Source: Patescibacteria group bacterium (GTDB lineage Bacteria > Patescibacteriota > Patescibacteriia > JAHIZJ01). Taken from it: 64,000 nt of DNA. The position numbers were made by a program, and so were the translations under genes. The stretch spans positions 69,004-133,003 of the forward strand of contig JBAZUB010000003.1 in assembly GCA_041661625.1 (NCBI GenBank). The letters run 5' to 3'. Shown here one piece after another: positions 44,806 through 54,300 of the stretch; within the stretch, counting starts at the first letter, position 1; each line of letters starts with the position of its first letter. The notes beneath the pieces were generated by a model that searched no databases, was not told the DNA's origin, and worked only from the letters and a program-made list of their open reading frames with translations.

Positions 44806-45585
44806 TTGTATAATACTATGCCAAACGTTGCACACAGAATAAGAAACAACCAGCGAGCATGGGATAGAGTAGCCGATCTTTTTCTGGAAGCTACCGCCCT
44901 ACCAGCGTGGGCTGTCTTTGGTGTTGGAAAAGATTTAGGGCTTATCCCAACAATTAAAGGGAAATCGTTCCTAGAAATAGGGTGTGGCAGCGGGCGATCA
45001 ATCGCATACCTAGCGCGCCATGGAGCAAAGAAAATTTACGCCATTGACGCATCACCCACACAAATACGCGAAGCCGCAAAATTCAATCACGTCGCACATC
45101 AGCGAGAAACCGTAAAATTGTTTACTGGTCCGATGGAAAAAAAGTACCCGATTCCACCAGTAGACATAGTTTTTTCAATTTACGGGCTGGGTTGGACACA
45201 AAGACCAGAAATTACTTTGAGACACATTTATCGCTACCTGAAGCCTGGGGGACGATTCATTTGGAGCTGGGACCACGCTCTCTTTTTCGATGTAGGTTAT
45301 GAAAAGGATAAATTCGTCGTTCAGCATTCGTATCACGATGAGCGTGTATTACACCGTAAAGATTGGAAAAGACCTGGAGTCAATATATTCATTACCTATC
45401 GCAAAACTGAAACATGGTTTCGGCTTTTGACCGAAGCAGGATTTAATATTATCGAATACCACGAGCCAAAGCCAAAAAACACCGATCGTGCTCATCGTGA
45501 TCCCAAAAAATATTACTCCCTCCAGAAGGCAAAACTCATACCCGCATCATTTATTTTTGTCTGTCAGAAACCAATAAAGTCTTGA
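44806..45585 (+). CDS. Class-I SAM-dependent methyltransferase (259 aa)
   Basis: FLEIGCGSGRSIAYLARHGAKKIYAIDAS. Confidence 0.7.
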   Translation: MYNTMPNVAHRIRNNQRAWDRVADLFLEATALPAWAVFGVGKDLGLIPTIKGKSFLEIGCGSGRSIAYLARHGAKKIYAIDASPTQIREAAKFNHVAHQRETVKLFTGPMEKKYPIPPVDIVFSIYGLGWTQRPEITLRHIYRYLKPGGRFIWSWDHALFFDVGYEKDKFVVQHSYHDERVLHRKDWKRPGVNIFITYRKTETWFRLLTEAGFNIIEYHEPKPKNTDRAHRDPKKYYSLQKAKLIPASFIFVCQKPIKS

Positions 45586-45677
45586 AACCGCTCTTATCTT
45601 TATTGGGTGGGAGGCAAATCATCGGACAACAGCACATGATATACTAACATAATCAGCCACTAATTTATTCATATTGT

Positions 45678-46139
45678 ATGAATAGCATCAAAAGCATTGA
45701 ATACCTGAAAGGCAAAAACGTTTCTTTTCGGGTCATCAAATTTGCCAAAATTCCTAAGACCGCCGCCGATGTTGAACGCATATACAACTGTCCCTTGAGA
45801 GAGGTTTTGAAAGCCCTACTATTCATTGGTAAAGACAAGCCCTTTCTCGTGGTTCTAGAGGGCGACAAACGATTAGACTACAAAAAACTGGGTCCGGTTG
45901 TTCAAGAGGAGAAAATGAGAATGGCTAGACTAGAGGAGGTATTGGAAATCACCGGTTATTCGGTCGGTAGCGTGTCGCCATTCTCACTAAAGCAAGACAT
46001 CCTAAAGATCATGGACAACAACGTATTCAAGAACAAAAAGATCAACATCGGTAGTGGTGATCCTTATGCAGGAATCGAAATGGAATCCGTGGAATTACGA
46101 AAGGCGTGGGATGGCAGATTTGCTGAAATCTCGGGATAA
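45678..46139 (+). CDS. YbaK/ProX-like aminoacyl-tRNA deacylase domain protein
   Basis: 153 aa. GSVSPF and INIGSGD segments. Confidence 0.5.
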   Translation: MNSIKSIEYLKGKNVSFRVIKFAKIPKTAADVERIYNCPLREVLKALLFIGKDKPFLVVLEGDKRLDYKKLGPVVQEEKMRMARLEEVLEITGYSVGSVSPFSLKQDILKIMDNNVFKNKKINIGSGDPYAGIEMESVELRKAWDGRFAEISG

Positions 46140-46182
46140 TTTAACAACGTAAAACACGGCGTATACGCCGAAATGTTATGTG
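46140..46182 (+). repeat. attC-like element 10 (short): ATTTAAC-AACG...CGGCGTATACGCCG...AAAT-GTTATGT
   Basis: Perfect RYYYAAC box. Palindromic core CGGCGTATACGCCG. Confidence 0.45.
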
Positions 46183-46223
46183 AAATATGCCAGGCTCAAA
46201 TTTAGTCATTATTGACAATATCA

Positions 46224-46547
46224 ATGGGAACATCATCGAGAAACGATCGTATCAAAGCGTTTATCCTGTGGTACATCGGCACTGGAGCGCTTGTTTACAT
46301 CGTTGAGATTGCTTTTCTGCATGAACGACAATGGTTAGGCACGGATGGAAATTTTTCCTTCCTACAGTTATTACTTCAAATTCTCAGCCGTGCGGTGGCT
46401 TGGCCGATGCAAGTTCTTTTTGGTATCAACGGACTTGGTTTCAGCGCGGAGGGATTGTACGGTTCCTGGTATCTCATTGGCATAACGATTGTTTCTCTTT
46501 TTATTGGGTGGTGGATAATTCACACAAAGACTAAAAAACCCGCTTAG
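46224..46547 (+). CDS. Small polytopic membrane protein
   Basis: ATG at 46224 preferred over the TTG at 46212. Three hydrophobic helices. Confidence 0.45.
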   Translation: MGTSSRNDRIKAFILWYIGTGALVYIVEIAFLHERQWLGTDGNFSFLQLLLQILSRAVAWPMQVLFGINGLGFSAEGLYGSWYLIGITIVSLFIGWWIIHTKTKKPA

Positions 46548-46701
46548 CATGATGTTTGGACGTTATACGAAAGGATGCCATGAAATTTAAAATATTCTTT
46601 GCGTGGTTTGACTTTTGGGTCGGTTTTTTCTGGGATGCAAAGAAGCGGATACTATATTTTTGTCCACTGCCTTGCGTCGTTTTTTCGATCGCGTTCCCAT
46701 C

Positions 46702-46766
46702 ATCTAACAGCGCCAATACGCCATCCCATTAATTGGGGGCGGGCGCAGGAAGCTCAAACGTTATAC
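46702..46766 (+). repeat. attC-like element 11: ATCTAAC-AGCGCCAATACGCC...AAAC-GTTATAC
   Basis: Perfect RYYYAAC box. Preceded by a 47-aa ORF (46569-46709). Confidence 0.5.
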
Positions 46767-46802
46767 GACATCGAATAGCATCATTAATTAGCGCATAGAC
46801 AA

Positions 46803-47453
46803 ATGAAAAGAACCCTGGAAAAAGAGATAATGGACGACAAAGAACAGGTTACCGCCTACGCCCGGGCTGATTTTTCTACGACAAATAATTTATTTATTGC
46901 CAAAGTATCCAGATATAACAGAAAAAATATATTGGACCTGGGCTGTGGCCCGGCTGATATTCCAATCATTCTGGCCGGAAACAATCCCAATATCAGAATC
47001 ACGGCGGTTGACGCGTCCAGTGAGATGTTGGACTATGCCAGAAAACAAATAAAGTCGCGCAAACTGGATAAAAACATTACTTTGGTTAAGGGTAAAATTC
47101 CGGGGTTAGCCAAATCACTAAACAACCGACGATACGATTTTATTATTTCCAAAGATTTACTGCATCACTTGCCGCAACCGGCACCGTTTTGGGAGGAAAT
47201 CAAAAAGCTATCCAACAAAGGAACGGCGGTAATGGTCATGGACTTAATCAGACCCGATAATAAGGAACAGGCGAGAAAAATGGTTGAATCGGGTGCCAAG
47301 AATGAAGCGAAGATATTAAAAACTGATTTCTATAATTCCTTATTAGCCGCTTTTACCATTAAAGAAATTAAACAGCAGTTAAAAACGGCCAAATTGAATC
47401 TTAAGGTGGAAAATATAGGCAGCCGGCATTTTTTGGTCAAGGGTAAAATGTAA
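46803..47453 (+). CDS. Class-I SAM-dependent methyltransferase (216 aa)
   Basis: ILDLGCGPADIPIILAG motif I, AVDASSEML. Confidence 0.7.
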   Translation: MKRTLEKEIMDDKEQVTAYARADFSTTNNLFIAKVSRYNRKNILDLGCGPADIPIILAGNNPNIRITAVDASSEMLDYARKQIKSRKLDKNITLVKGKIPGLAKSLNNRRYDFIISKDLLHHLPQPAPFWEEIKKLSNKGTAVMVMDLIRPDNKEQARKMVESGAKNEAKILKTDFYNSLLAAFTIKEIKQQLKTAKLNLKVENIGSRHFLVKGKM

Positions 47454-47469
47454 GTATCGCCGACATTTC

Positions 47470-47500
47470 ACGTTATACAACAGACGTGGGCGTAAACGAG
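47470..47500 (+). repeat. Degenerate attC-like remnant (CACGTTATACAACAGACGTGGGCGTAAACGAG)
   Basis: Fused 3'-type and 5'-type boxes. Confidence 0.3.
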
Positions 47501-47533
47501 TTCAGGCGCATGGTAAAGTATTAATAAAGCTCC

Positions 47534-47950
47534 ATGGCAGACTTCAATAAAATCGGCGTACTAATACTAAACGAGGACGCGACGAAATTCCTGGTTTGCG
47601 AAGTGCATCCACGGGTTCTGCCACCAACATATCTCATGCCGGGCGGTGTTTTCCACGAGGATTCGATCGAAGAGTGCATCGCCAATGAAATAAAGGAAGA
47701 GCTGGACAGCGCAGTCGATACTTCCACAATAGAGTTTATTGGCGAGTATATCGATGTGGCCGCGACCAATCCCGATAAAACGGTGGCTATTCAACTCTAC
47801 AAAGGTGCGTTATTAAATGAGCCAAAGCCATCTTCCGAGGTTAAGCAGCTTCATTGGATCGGCAAAGAAGGGGAGAACCTTGAAGTTGTATCGCCGATTA
47901 TCCGGAATAAGATTATTCCCGATCTCATCAAACGAGGTATATTGAAATAA
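47534..47950 (+). CDS. NUDIX hydrolase
   Basis: GGVFHEDSIEECIANEIKEELD Nudix box. Confidence 0.7.
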   Translation: MADFNKIGVLILNEDATKFLVCEVHPRVLPPTYLMPGGVFHEDSIEECIANEIKEELDSAVDTSTIEFIGEYIDVAATNPDKTVAIQLYKGALLNEPKPSSEVKQLHWIGKEGENLEVVSPIIRNKIIPDLIKRGILK

Positions 47951-48021
47951 AATTCATCGTCCAAAAGTAAGCATTCCAAAATTTTTGATATAATACCATT
48001 CTACACATTACACACTACCAA

Positions 48022-48390
48022 ATGGAAAACGACGCAATGAAAAAACACACTTCCCCATTCATCGTAATAGCTGTTGTTATTCTTGCGGTGGGATTGGCAT
48101 TTTTCGCTTTTCAATTATTATTTATCCAACCGGACAGTAAAAAAGTCGCCTGTAGCGAACTTCCTTCGGCTGAACAAGTCCAAAATATTCTTACCGAGCA
48201 TACTGATATTATTCAGGAGCTGGGACGTCTCGGTCCCGAAAACACCATTCGATTTGATGCCGACGCGACTAGGTGTCCAGGTAAGGCCGACATTTTTATC
48301 ATTTACGGCACAGAGAAGCAACGTCATCAGATAAAAGATAGAATCGGCGATAATTTCTTCGGAATACCTTACCGAATGGCAAATATGTAA
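48022..48390 (+). CDS. Small secreted hypothetical protein
   Basis: N-terminal signal/TM IVIAVVILAVGLAFFAF. Confidence 0.4.
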   Translation: MENDAMKKHTSPFIVIAVVILAVGLAFFAFQLLFIQPDSKKVACSELPSAEQVQNILTEHTDIIQELGRLGPENTIRFDADATRCPGKADIFIIYGTEKQRHQIKDRIGDNFFGIPYRMANM

Positions 48391-48413
48391 TAAAACCTTG
48401 AGAGAATAGCAAC

Positions 48414-48872
48414 ATGTCCAAACTAGATCTCCAAAACGGCATTATCAAGAATTCGCGTGGACTAGTGTACAAAGTCGAAAATGGCCAACGGTTTTTTCTG
48501 TTGACGCAAGAGCTCGATGGCATCTACACGCTTCCGGGAGGCTGTAAGGATCTCGACGATGTCGACTCGCTGTCCGCCATGCAGCGTGAAATAAAGGAAG
48601 AATTAAACTTGAATACAACAGATTACGAAATACGTGGCTCGGATATCCAAAAGACATATCAGAATGTATATCCCGATCCCACCTCGGAAAGGTTCGGCAA
48701 GGACACAATCATTTGTTTGTTTCTTATTCAGTGTATTGATTCACAGTCAATCAAGTTATCAGATGATATAAAAAGTTTCCAGTGGTTTAATGAAATAGAT
48801 GCTTTAAAGTCGTTAACCACAAACCACATGAAGGAAATGTTTCGGCTCGGTATGGAGTTATTGCAGAAATAA
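48414..48872 (+). CDS. NUDIX hydrolase (second copy)
   Basis: LPGGCKDLDDVDSLSAMQREIKEELNL. Confidence 0.7.
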   Translation: MSKLDLQNGIIKNSRGLVYKVENGQRFFLLTQELDGIYTLPGGCKDLDDVDSLSAMQREIKEELNLNTTDYEIRGSDIQKTYQNVYPDPTSERFGKDTIICLFLIQCIDSQSIKLSDDIKSFQWFNEIDALKSLTTNHMKEMFRLGMELLQK

Positions 48873-48913
48873 TTTTACCCAAAGGTATCGTTTCATTGAT
48901 TCGATCAATAAAT

Positions 48914-49540
48914 ATGGACAATAGTATAAAAGCGGTTCATGTATATGACCGGATAGCTAACGCGTACGCCGACGTGTTTTCGGAACCTTCCGAAAATATC
49001 GATGAGTTTTTGGAACTTTTACCAACCAAAAGCAAGATTTTGGACGTCGGCTGCGGTAACGGAGTTGATTGTATTTACGTAAAAAACAAAGGTTATGACG
49101 TTGTCGGCGTCGATATGTCAGAAAAAATGCTTGATATCGCTAGAAGCAAATATCCTGAGATCGATTTTCGTCTGGGTGACATGAGAAAACTTGAGTTCGA
49201 CAAGAATGAATTCGATGGAATTATTGCAGCTTGTTCGCTGATTCACATACCTAAGCGGGACATTCCAAGTACATTGAATCAGTTTGCAGGATTTCTTAAA
49301 CATGGCGGCGCAGTATACATTCTGTTACAATCTGGAAAATCTGAAGAATTGTTCGTAAATGAACCTTTCAAACCCGATGAAAAGTTGTTTGTGAATGTCA
49401 TTTCGTCGGACGAAATCGAACGGTTGCTCCAAGACGCTGGTTTCGAGATAGTACATAAACACGAACGTAAATCTTTAATAGAGAAGGAGCTCGACTTTAT
49501 TCATTTGATCGTGATTGCTCGATATATAGGCGTCCATTAA
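48914..49540 (+). CDS. Class-I SAM-dependent methyltransferase, paralog 2 of 44063-44701
   Basis: MDNSIKAVHVY...ILDVGCGNGVDCIYV. Collinear with paralog 1 along its whole length. Confidence 0.75.
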   Translation: MDNSIKAVHVYDRIANAYADVFSEPSENIDEFLELLPTKSKILDVGCGNGVDCIYVKNKGYDVVGVDMSEKMLDIARSKYPEIDFRLGDMRKLEFDKNEFDGIIAACSLIHIPKRDIPSTLNQFAGFLKHGGAVYILLQSGKSEELFVNEPFKPDEKLFVNVISSDEIERLLQDAGFEIVHKHERKSLIEKELDFIHLIVIARYIGVH

Positions 49541-49543
49541 CAT

Positions 49544-50134
49544 ATGAACCGTCCATTTGATTGTATTACCGACTTCATTTTTATTGAAAATCAACCTGCC
49601 AAGGCTGATATTATTCTAATTCCGGGTGGTTTACGGCCCCAGCTGATGGATAAAGCCGTGGAACTCTATCGGCAAGGTTTTGCCCCATACATACTTCCAT
49701 CAGGAGGGGCTGGCCCAAAACTTAGTCGAGAAATAGAGGCCGGAACCGCACATTGGAAAAGTGAGTGGGAGTTTTTACAAAATATTGCCCTGCAAAAAGG
49801 AGTTCCGGAAAAAATGGTGTTGAAGGAAGACAAAGCCTTGAACACCTACGACAATGCTAGACTGTCGTGGCGAGTCGTTCAGCAACAGAATATCGAGGTT
49901 AATAAAGCCATCCTCGTGTGCAAGGCATTTCACGCTCGACGCGCACTACTGACTTATCAAGCCGCTTTTTCTTCAAAAATCGAATATATTATTTGTCCGA
50001 TTATTGACGATCGTGATGTTCGACGGGACAATTGGTTCTTGGATGAAAAAAAGATTGAGCTAGTGATGGGTGAAATGGAAAAAATCGGGAAATATTTTGT
50101 GAAGCGTATTACCCAGTTAAATAATAACGCCTAA
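49544..50134 (+). CDS. DUF218 (YdcF/ElyC/SanA-like) domain protein
   Basis: ADIILIPGG...ILPSGGAG...NTYDNARLS. Confidence 0.5.
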   Translation: MNRPFDCITDFIFIENQPAKADIILIPGGLRPQLMDKAVELYRQGFAPYILPSGGAGPKLSREIEAGTAHWKSEWEFLQNIALQKGVPEKMVLKEDKALNTYDNARLSWRVVQQQNIEVNKAILVCKAFHARRALLTYQAAFSSKIEYIICPIIDDRDVRRDNWFLDEKKIELVMGEMEKIGKYFVKRITQLNNNA

Positions 50135-50145
50135 ACAATAAACCC

Positions 50146-50481
50146 ATGGATTGCCTCTTCTGTAAAATCATTGAAAAAAGTATTCCCGGTGAGATTGTCT
50201 ACGAGGACGATCAAGTGATCGCGTTCAAAGATATCCATCCCAAAGCGGATATCCACGTGCTGGTAATCCCGAAGCGGCACATTCAGTCGCTGGCTGGTTT
50301 GAGTGAGGCCGACGCGGCTTTGATCGGGCACTTAATTGTGGTAACGAGCCGGTTGGCGAAGGAATTGGGGATTGAATCGGGTTTCAAAGTAGCGGTAAAC
50401 AGCGGGCTTAAGGCTGGCCAGGAGGTGGACCATCTCCACATCCATTTGATGGGCGGGCGCTTCCATAGTCACTTGGCCTAA
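50146..50481 (+). CDS. HIT-family (histidine triad) hydrolase
   Basis: HVLVIPKRH and HLHIHLMGG. Confidence 0.85.
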   Translation: MDCLFCKIIEKSIPGEIVYEDDQVIAFKDIHPKADIHVLVIPKRHIQSLAGLSEADAALIGHLIVVTSRLAKELGIESGFKVAVNSGLKAGQEVDHLHIHLMGGRFHSHLA

Positions 50482-50564
50482 TTTGACGCACGTTGCCATC
50501 CGTGGTATATTCAACACGTTAGTATTTTTTAAATTATCTTATATTCACAAGGGAGGTGAATAGA

Positions 50565-50837
50565 GTGGTCGAAGTCCGCCGCAAGGATGGAGAATCTGGA
50601 GAAAGTCTGCTGCGCCGTTTTACTCGAAAGGTTCAACAAAGTGGCACATTGATTCGGGCCAAGAAAAGACGTTTTTACGAACCGCCCAAGAACAAACGGG
50701 CCGTGCGCGAAGATGCAATTCGCCGGAGTGTTATTCGGGGAAAGCGCGAATATCTCAAGAAAATAGGCAAATTGGACGATTGGATGGAACGTAAAGGTTA
50801 TCGAACATACAAGGGTTCAAAAAGATCAGGTTCTTAA
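50565..50837 (+). CDS. rpsU: 30S ribosomal protein S21
   Basis: VEVRRKDGES...LLRRFTRKVQQSGTL...KRRFYEPP. GTG start at 50565, 7 nt after AGGGAGG. Confidence 0.8.
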   Translation: MVEVRRKDGESGESLLRRFTRKVQQSGTLIRAKKRRFYEPPKNKRAVREDAIRRSVIRGKREYLKKIGKLDDWMERKGYRTYKGSKRSGS

Positions 50838-50850
50838 AACATAGCTCGTT

Positions 50851-51306
50851 TTGATCCGAGAAAAAATTGAACAAAATTTGAAGTTAGCCCAGAAAAGCCA
50901 GGATGAGGCGACAGTTTCGACGCTGCGCCTGGTTTTGGCATCTATGAAGAATTTTCAGATCGAACAGCGGGGTCGCGATTTGACTGATGATGACATGATT
51001 ATGCTGTTGAAAAGGGAAGCCAAGAAGCGCACTGAAGCGATCGAGGCCTACACCAAAGGCGGCCGGGAAGAATTGCGCGCCAAAGAGGCTCACGAACTGC
51101 AAATTATTAGGGAATATTTACCGCCGGAAATGTCTGAAGAAGAGGTAAGTAAGGTCATCCAGGCGGTTATCGGTGATCTGGGTGTTACTGATCCCAGCCA
51201 ATTTGGCCGGGTAATGTCTGAGTCTATGAAACGCTTGGGTAACCAAGCTTCGGGCCAAATTGTTTCAGCGGTTGTCAAAAAGGCTCTCACTAAACCAAAA
51301 GACTAA
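50851..51306 (+). CDS. yqeY: GatB/YqeY domain protein
   Basis: Conserved rpsU-yqeY arrangement and typical YqeY helical sequence. TTG start. Confidence 0.7.
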   Translation: MIREKIEQNLKLAQKSQDEATVSTLRLVLASMKNFQIEQRGRDLTDDDMIMLLKREAKKRTEAIEAYTKGGREELRAKEAHELQIIREYLPPEMSEEEVSKVIQAVIGDLGVTDPSQFGRVMSESMKRLGNQASGQIVSAVVKKALTKPKD

Positions 51307-51322
51307 GTAATCGAAAGCGCCA

Positions 51323-54300
51323 ATGGGAGGACCAATACCAAAAACTAACCAAAAATACTGGAGAGGCTTTGTGCTGGGAGCCGGCATCTGGTGTCTGCTG
51401 CTTTTGGCCGTTATTCTAGTCTGGCCGTACCGATTTGCCTGGGCGGCGACTTTTGACAGTAATACCGGTAGTGCTCTGGGCTTAGGTACGGTGCCGTTGG
51501 ACCAGGTAGTACGGAACATTATCCGCTGGGCGCTGGGATTTTTGGGTCTGATCGCGGTGATTATGGTCATTTATGGCGGCTTTTTGTGGATGACCGCGGC
51601 GGGCAATGAGCAGCGGATCGAAAAGGCCAAGAAGATTATCATGGGCGCGATCATTGGCCTGGTTATAATATTGTTGTCTTTCGCCATAGTGCAGTTTGTA
51701 TTTTTCGGTGTGACAAATTCTACCGGAAACGGAAATGACAATACTAACGGCGGCCCACCGCCGGATGGTGGTGATAGCGCTCAGTTCTATGTCCGGCTCG
51801 TCTCACCGCACGAGGATGAAGACAATGTTTCATTATGCCGCTTCGTTCAGGGCGTATTTAACCGCCAGATCAACCAATCGACTGGCGCACTGACACTGAC
51901 CCAGGTGGACAATGGCCAAGCAGTCGCGGGCGCCATCACCTACCAGGATGGCAATAAGATAAAACTGGACCCGAGCGCCGATCTGGCTCCGCAAAAACAA
52001 TACCGCGCTTTAATACCCGACACAGTCGAGGATTCATCCGGCAATCAGCTGGATCAGCAGAAAGAGTGGTATTTTACGACCGGTTCCGAGTCGGATAATG
52101 AGCCGCCGCGGGTATTTGATACCTGGCCCGATACGGGCGCGACGGATATCTGCCTGTCCACGCCGATTGTGGTCGAGTTTAATGAACCGATGGATCTGTC
52201 TACTCTGATTGTGGCCAATGTCACGGTCGCCGGTCCCGGCAACCCGCAGGTCAGGTCGGTGGATATTCCCAACGATCGCACAATGGCGATCACATTGAAT
52301 TCGCCCTTGGAACCCAACCAGGATTACACGGTGACTTTAAACGGCGCGCCGGGGCATATTGCCGATGCCTGCGGTAATCCACTGGACGGTAATGGCGACG
52401 GTACGGGCGGTGATAATTATGACTGGTCATTTACGACCGGCATTGGCGCTGATTGCGCCCCCAAGATCAACTCGATCAGCGGATCGGGCTACTATGAGAC
52501 CGACGTGACGATCGAGGGCACGAATTTTACCAGCATTCCCACCACGACGGTGTTTAATAACGACGCTACGGCTTTTAATAACTGTTTCAATGCCAGCTAT
52601 ATTCCTAACGCGGTTTGTGTCAAAGAGTGGACTAATACGCGTATTAAAGTCACCCTACCGGCCAGCGGCGGCGCCAGCAACGGCGCCATCGACGGTCTGG
52701 TTAAGGTTAGGGTAGGTGCGCTGGAAAGCAACGGCAAGGATTTTGACGTCAAGGCGCCGCACGTCAGCCAGGTCAACCCGGCCAGCGGCGGACCGGGGCA
52801 ATTCGTCACCATCACGGGAACAAATTTCGGCAGCAGCGCCGGCCGGGTGCTATTCCGCAAGACCGGTGATCCGGATATCGAGGGTGATCGGCCATCCTGC
52901 TCGTCTTGGTGGCAAAATGATCAGATTATTGTCAAAGTACCGGAAGGTTTCAGCCTCAATGACGTTACACAAATACAGATTGATACTTCGGGCAACCGCC
53001 GTTCCAATCTGGAAGATTTTCAAATAACGAACCAAGTTGGGCCGGGATTATGTTCGATCACCCCGGCTTGCGGTGGTGCGGATACTGATGTCACATTAAT
53101 CGGCGAGGCATTAGGCGGCGCCGGCCAGCTGAAATTCGACGGTACAACGGCTGACACCACGGTCTGGACCGAAGGCCAGATCAAGGGCAAGGTACCGGAT
53201 ATCGCCGACAGCGTAAATCCTTATTCGGTCACCGCGACTGTCGGCGGACTGGTCAGCAATGGGCTGCCATTCCACAAACCCTGTGGAACCGGCGATGATG
53301 GCGAACACCGCGCCTGCGCTGGCGCTACTTGTATCACCGCTTCCGGTGAGGCGCCCGATGAATGCGCTAACGACTCGCAATGTACCGGCACAAACACTCA
53401 CTCAGAATGCGCCGGCGCGATGTGCAACGTAGTTGATGGCGCGGGCGCCAATCAATGCGACACACCCGATGACTGTGATGGCGAACACCGGGCTTGTGCC
53501 GGTACCAGCTGTATAACCGTTTCGGGCGAAGCGGCCGACGAATGTACCGACGATTCGCAATGTACAGACGCGAATACCCACTCGGAATGCGCCGGCGCGA
53601 TGTGCAACGTAGTTGATGGCGCGGGCGCCAATCAATGCGACACACCCGATGACTGTGATGGCGAACACCGGGCTTGTGCCGGCACAACCTGTATTACCGC
53701 CTCAGGCGAAGCCCCAGACGAGTGTTCCAATGATTCCCAGTGCACCGACGCGAATACCCACTCGGAATGCGCCGGCGCGATGTGCAACGTAGTTGATGGC
53801 GCGGGCGCCAATCAGTGTGCCGTGCCGGATGACTGTGCCGGATCGGGTACGGACTGCGACTCCGACCCTGCTACGCCGGCTTGCCAGCCAGGCGCCTGCC
53901 CTGTGGGAGAAACTTGCCGCGATACAGATTGCCGTTGTTGGGTATTGCCCTCCTATGCCTGCAGTACTACCCAGTGGAGCTGCACGCCCAATCCGGCGGG
54001 TTGCGCTGCTACGCAAGGATGTTTGAATGATTGTTCTTGCGCCGACAGGCCAACGTTGACGAGCAGCATTCCTGCGAATCTCAGTGTCGACATATGTCGC
54101 AATGTTCAGTTCAGCTGGACTTTTTCGGAGACAATGAGCGGTTCTTCGGCTGACAATGATGCTATTCAGCTAACGATCGATGGCGGAGCCGCGGCAGGTG
54201 CTGCATGCAGCGTGGACAAAGATTGCGCATCGGATAATTGCAGCAGCAATCTCTGTGTCGGCAGCGTAGTCAGGGGTAGCTACTCCCAGCCATCCGATAA

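Larger units (their letters stand above)
38581..47500 (+). other. Integron-like gene-cassette array without an integrase gene in the window (CALIN-like); may extend to about 50.1 kb
   Basis: AT-rich. Small, mostly co-oriented ORFs, each followed by an attC-like imperfect inverted repeat with covarying RYYYAAC and GTTRRRY boxes. It starts immediately after hisS. Confidence 0.55.

Noticed and set aside
39500-47500. Possibility that the regularly spaced repeats are a CRISPR array
   Set aside because: The repeats are imperfect inverted repeats of variable length (45-160 bp) separated by 200-800-bp protein-coding ORFs, not 25-40-bp direct repeats with similar-sized spacers. No cas genes are present.
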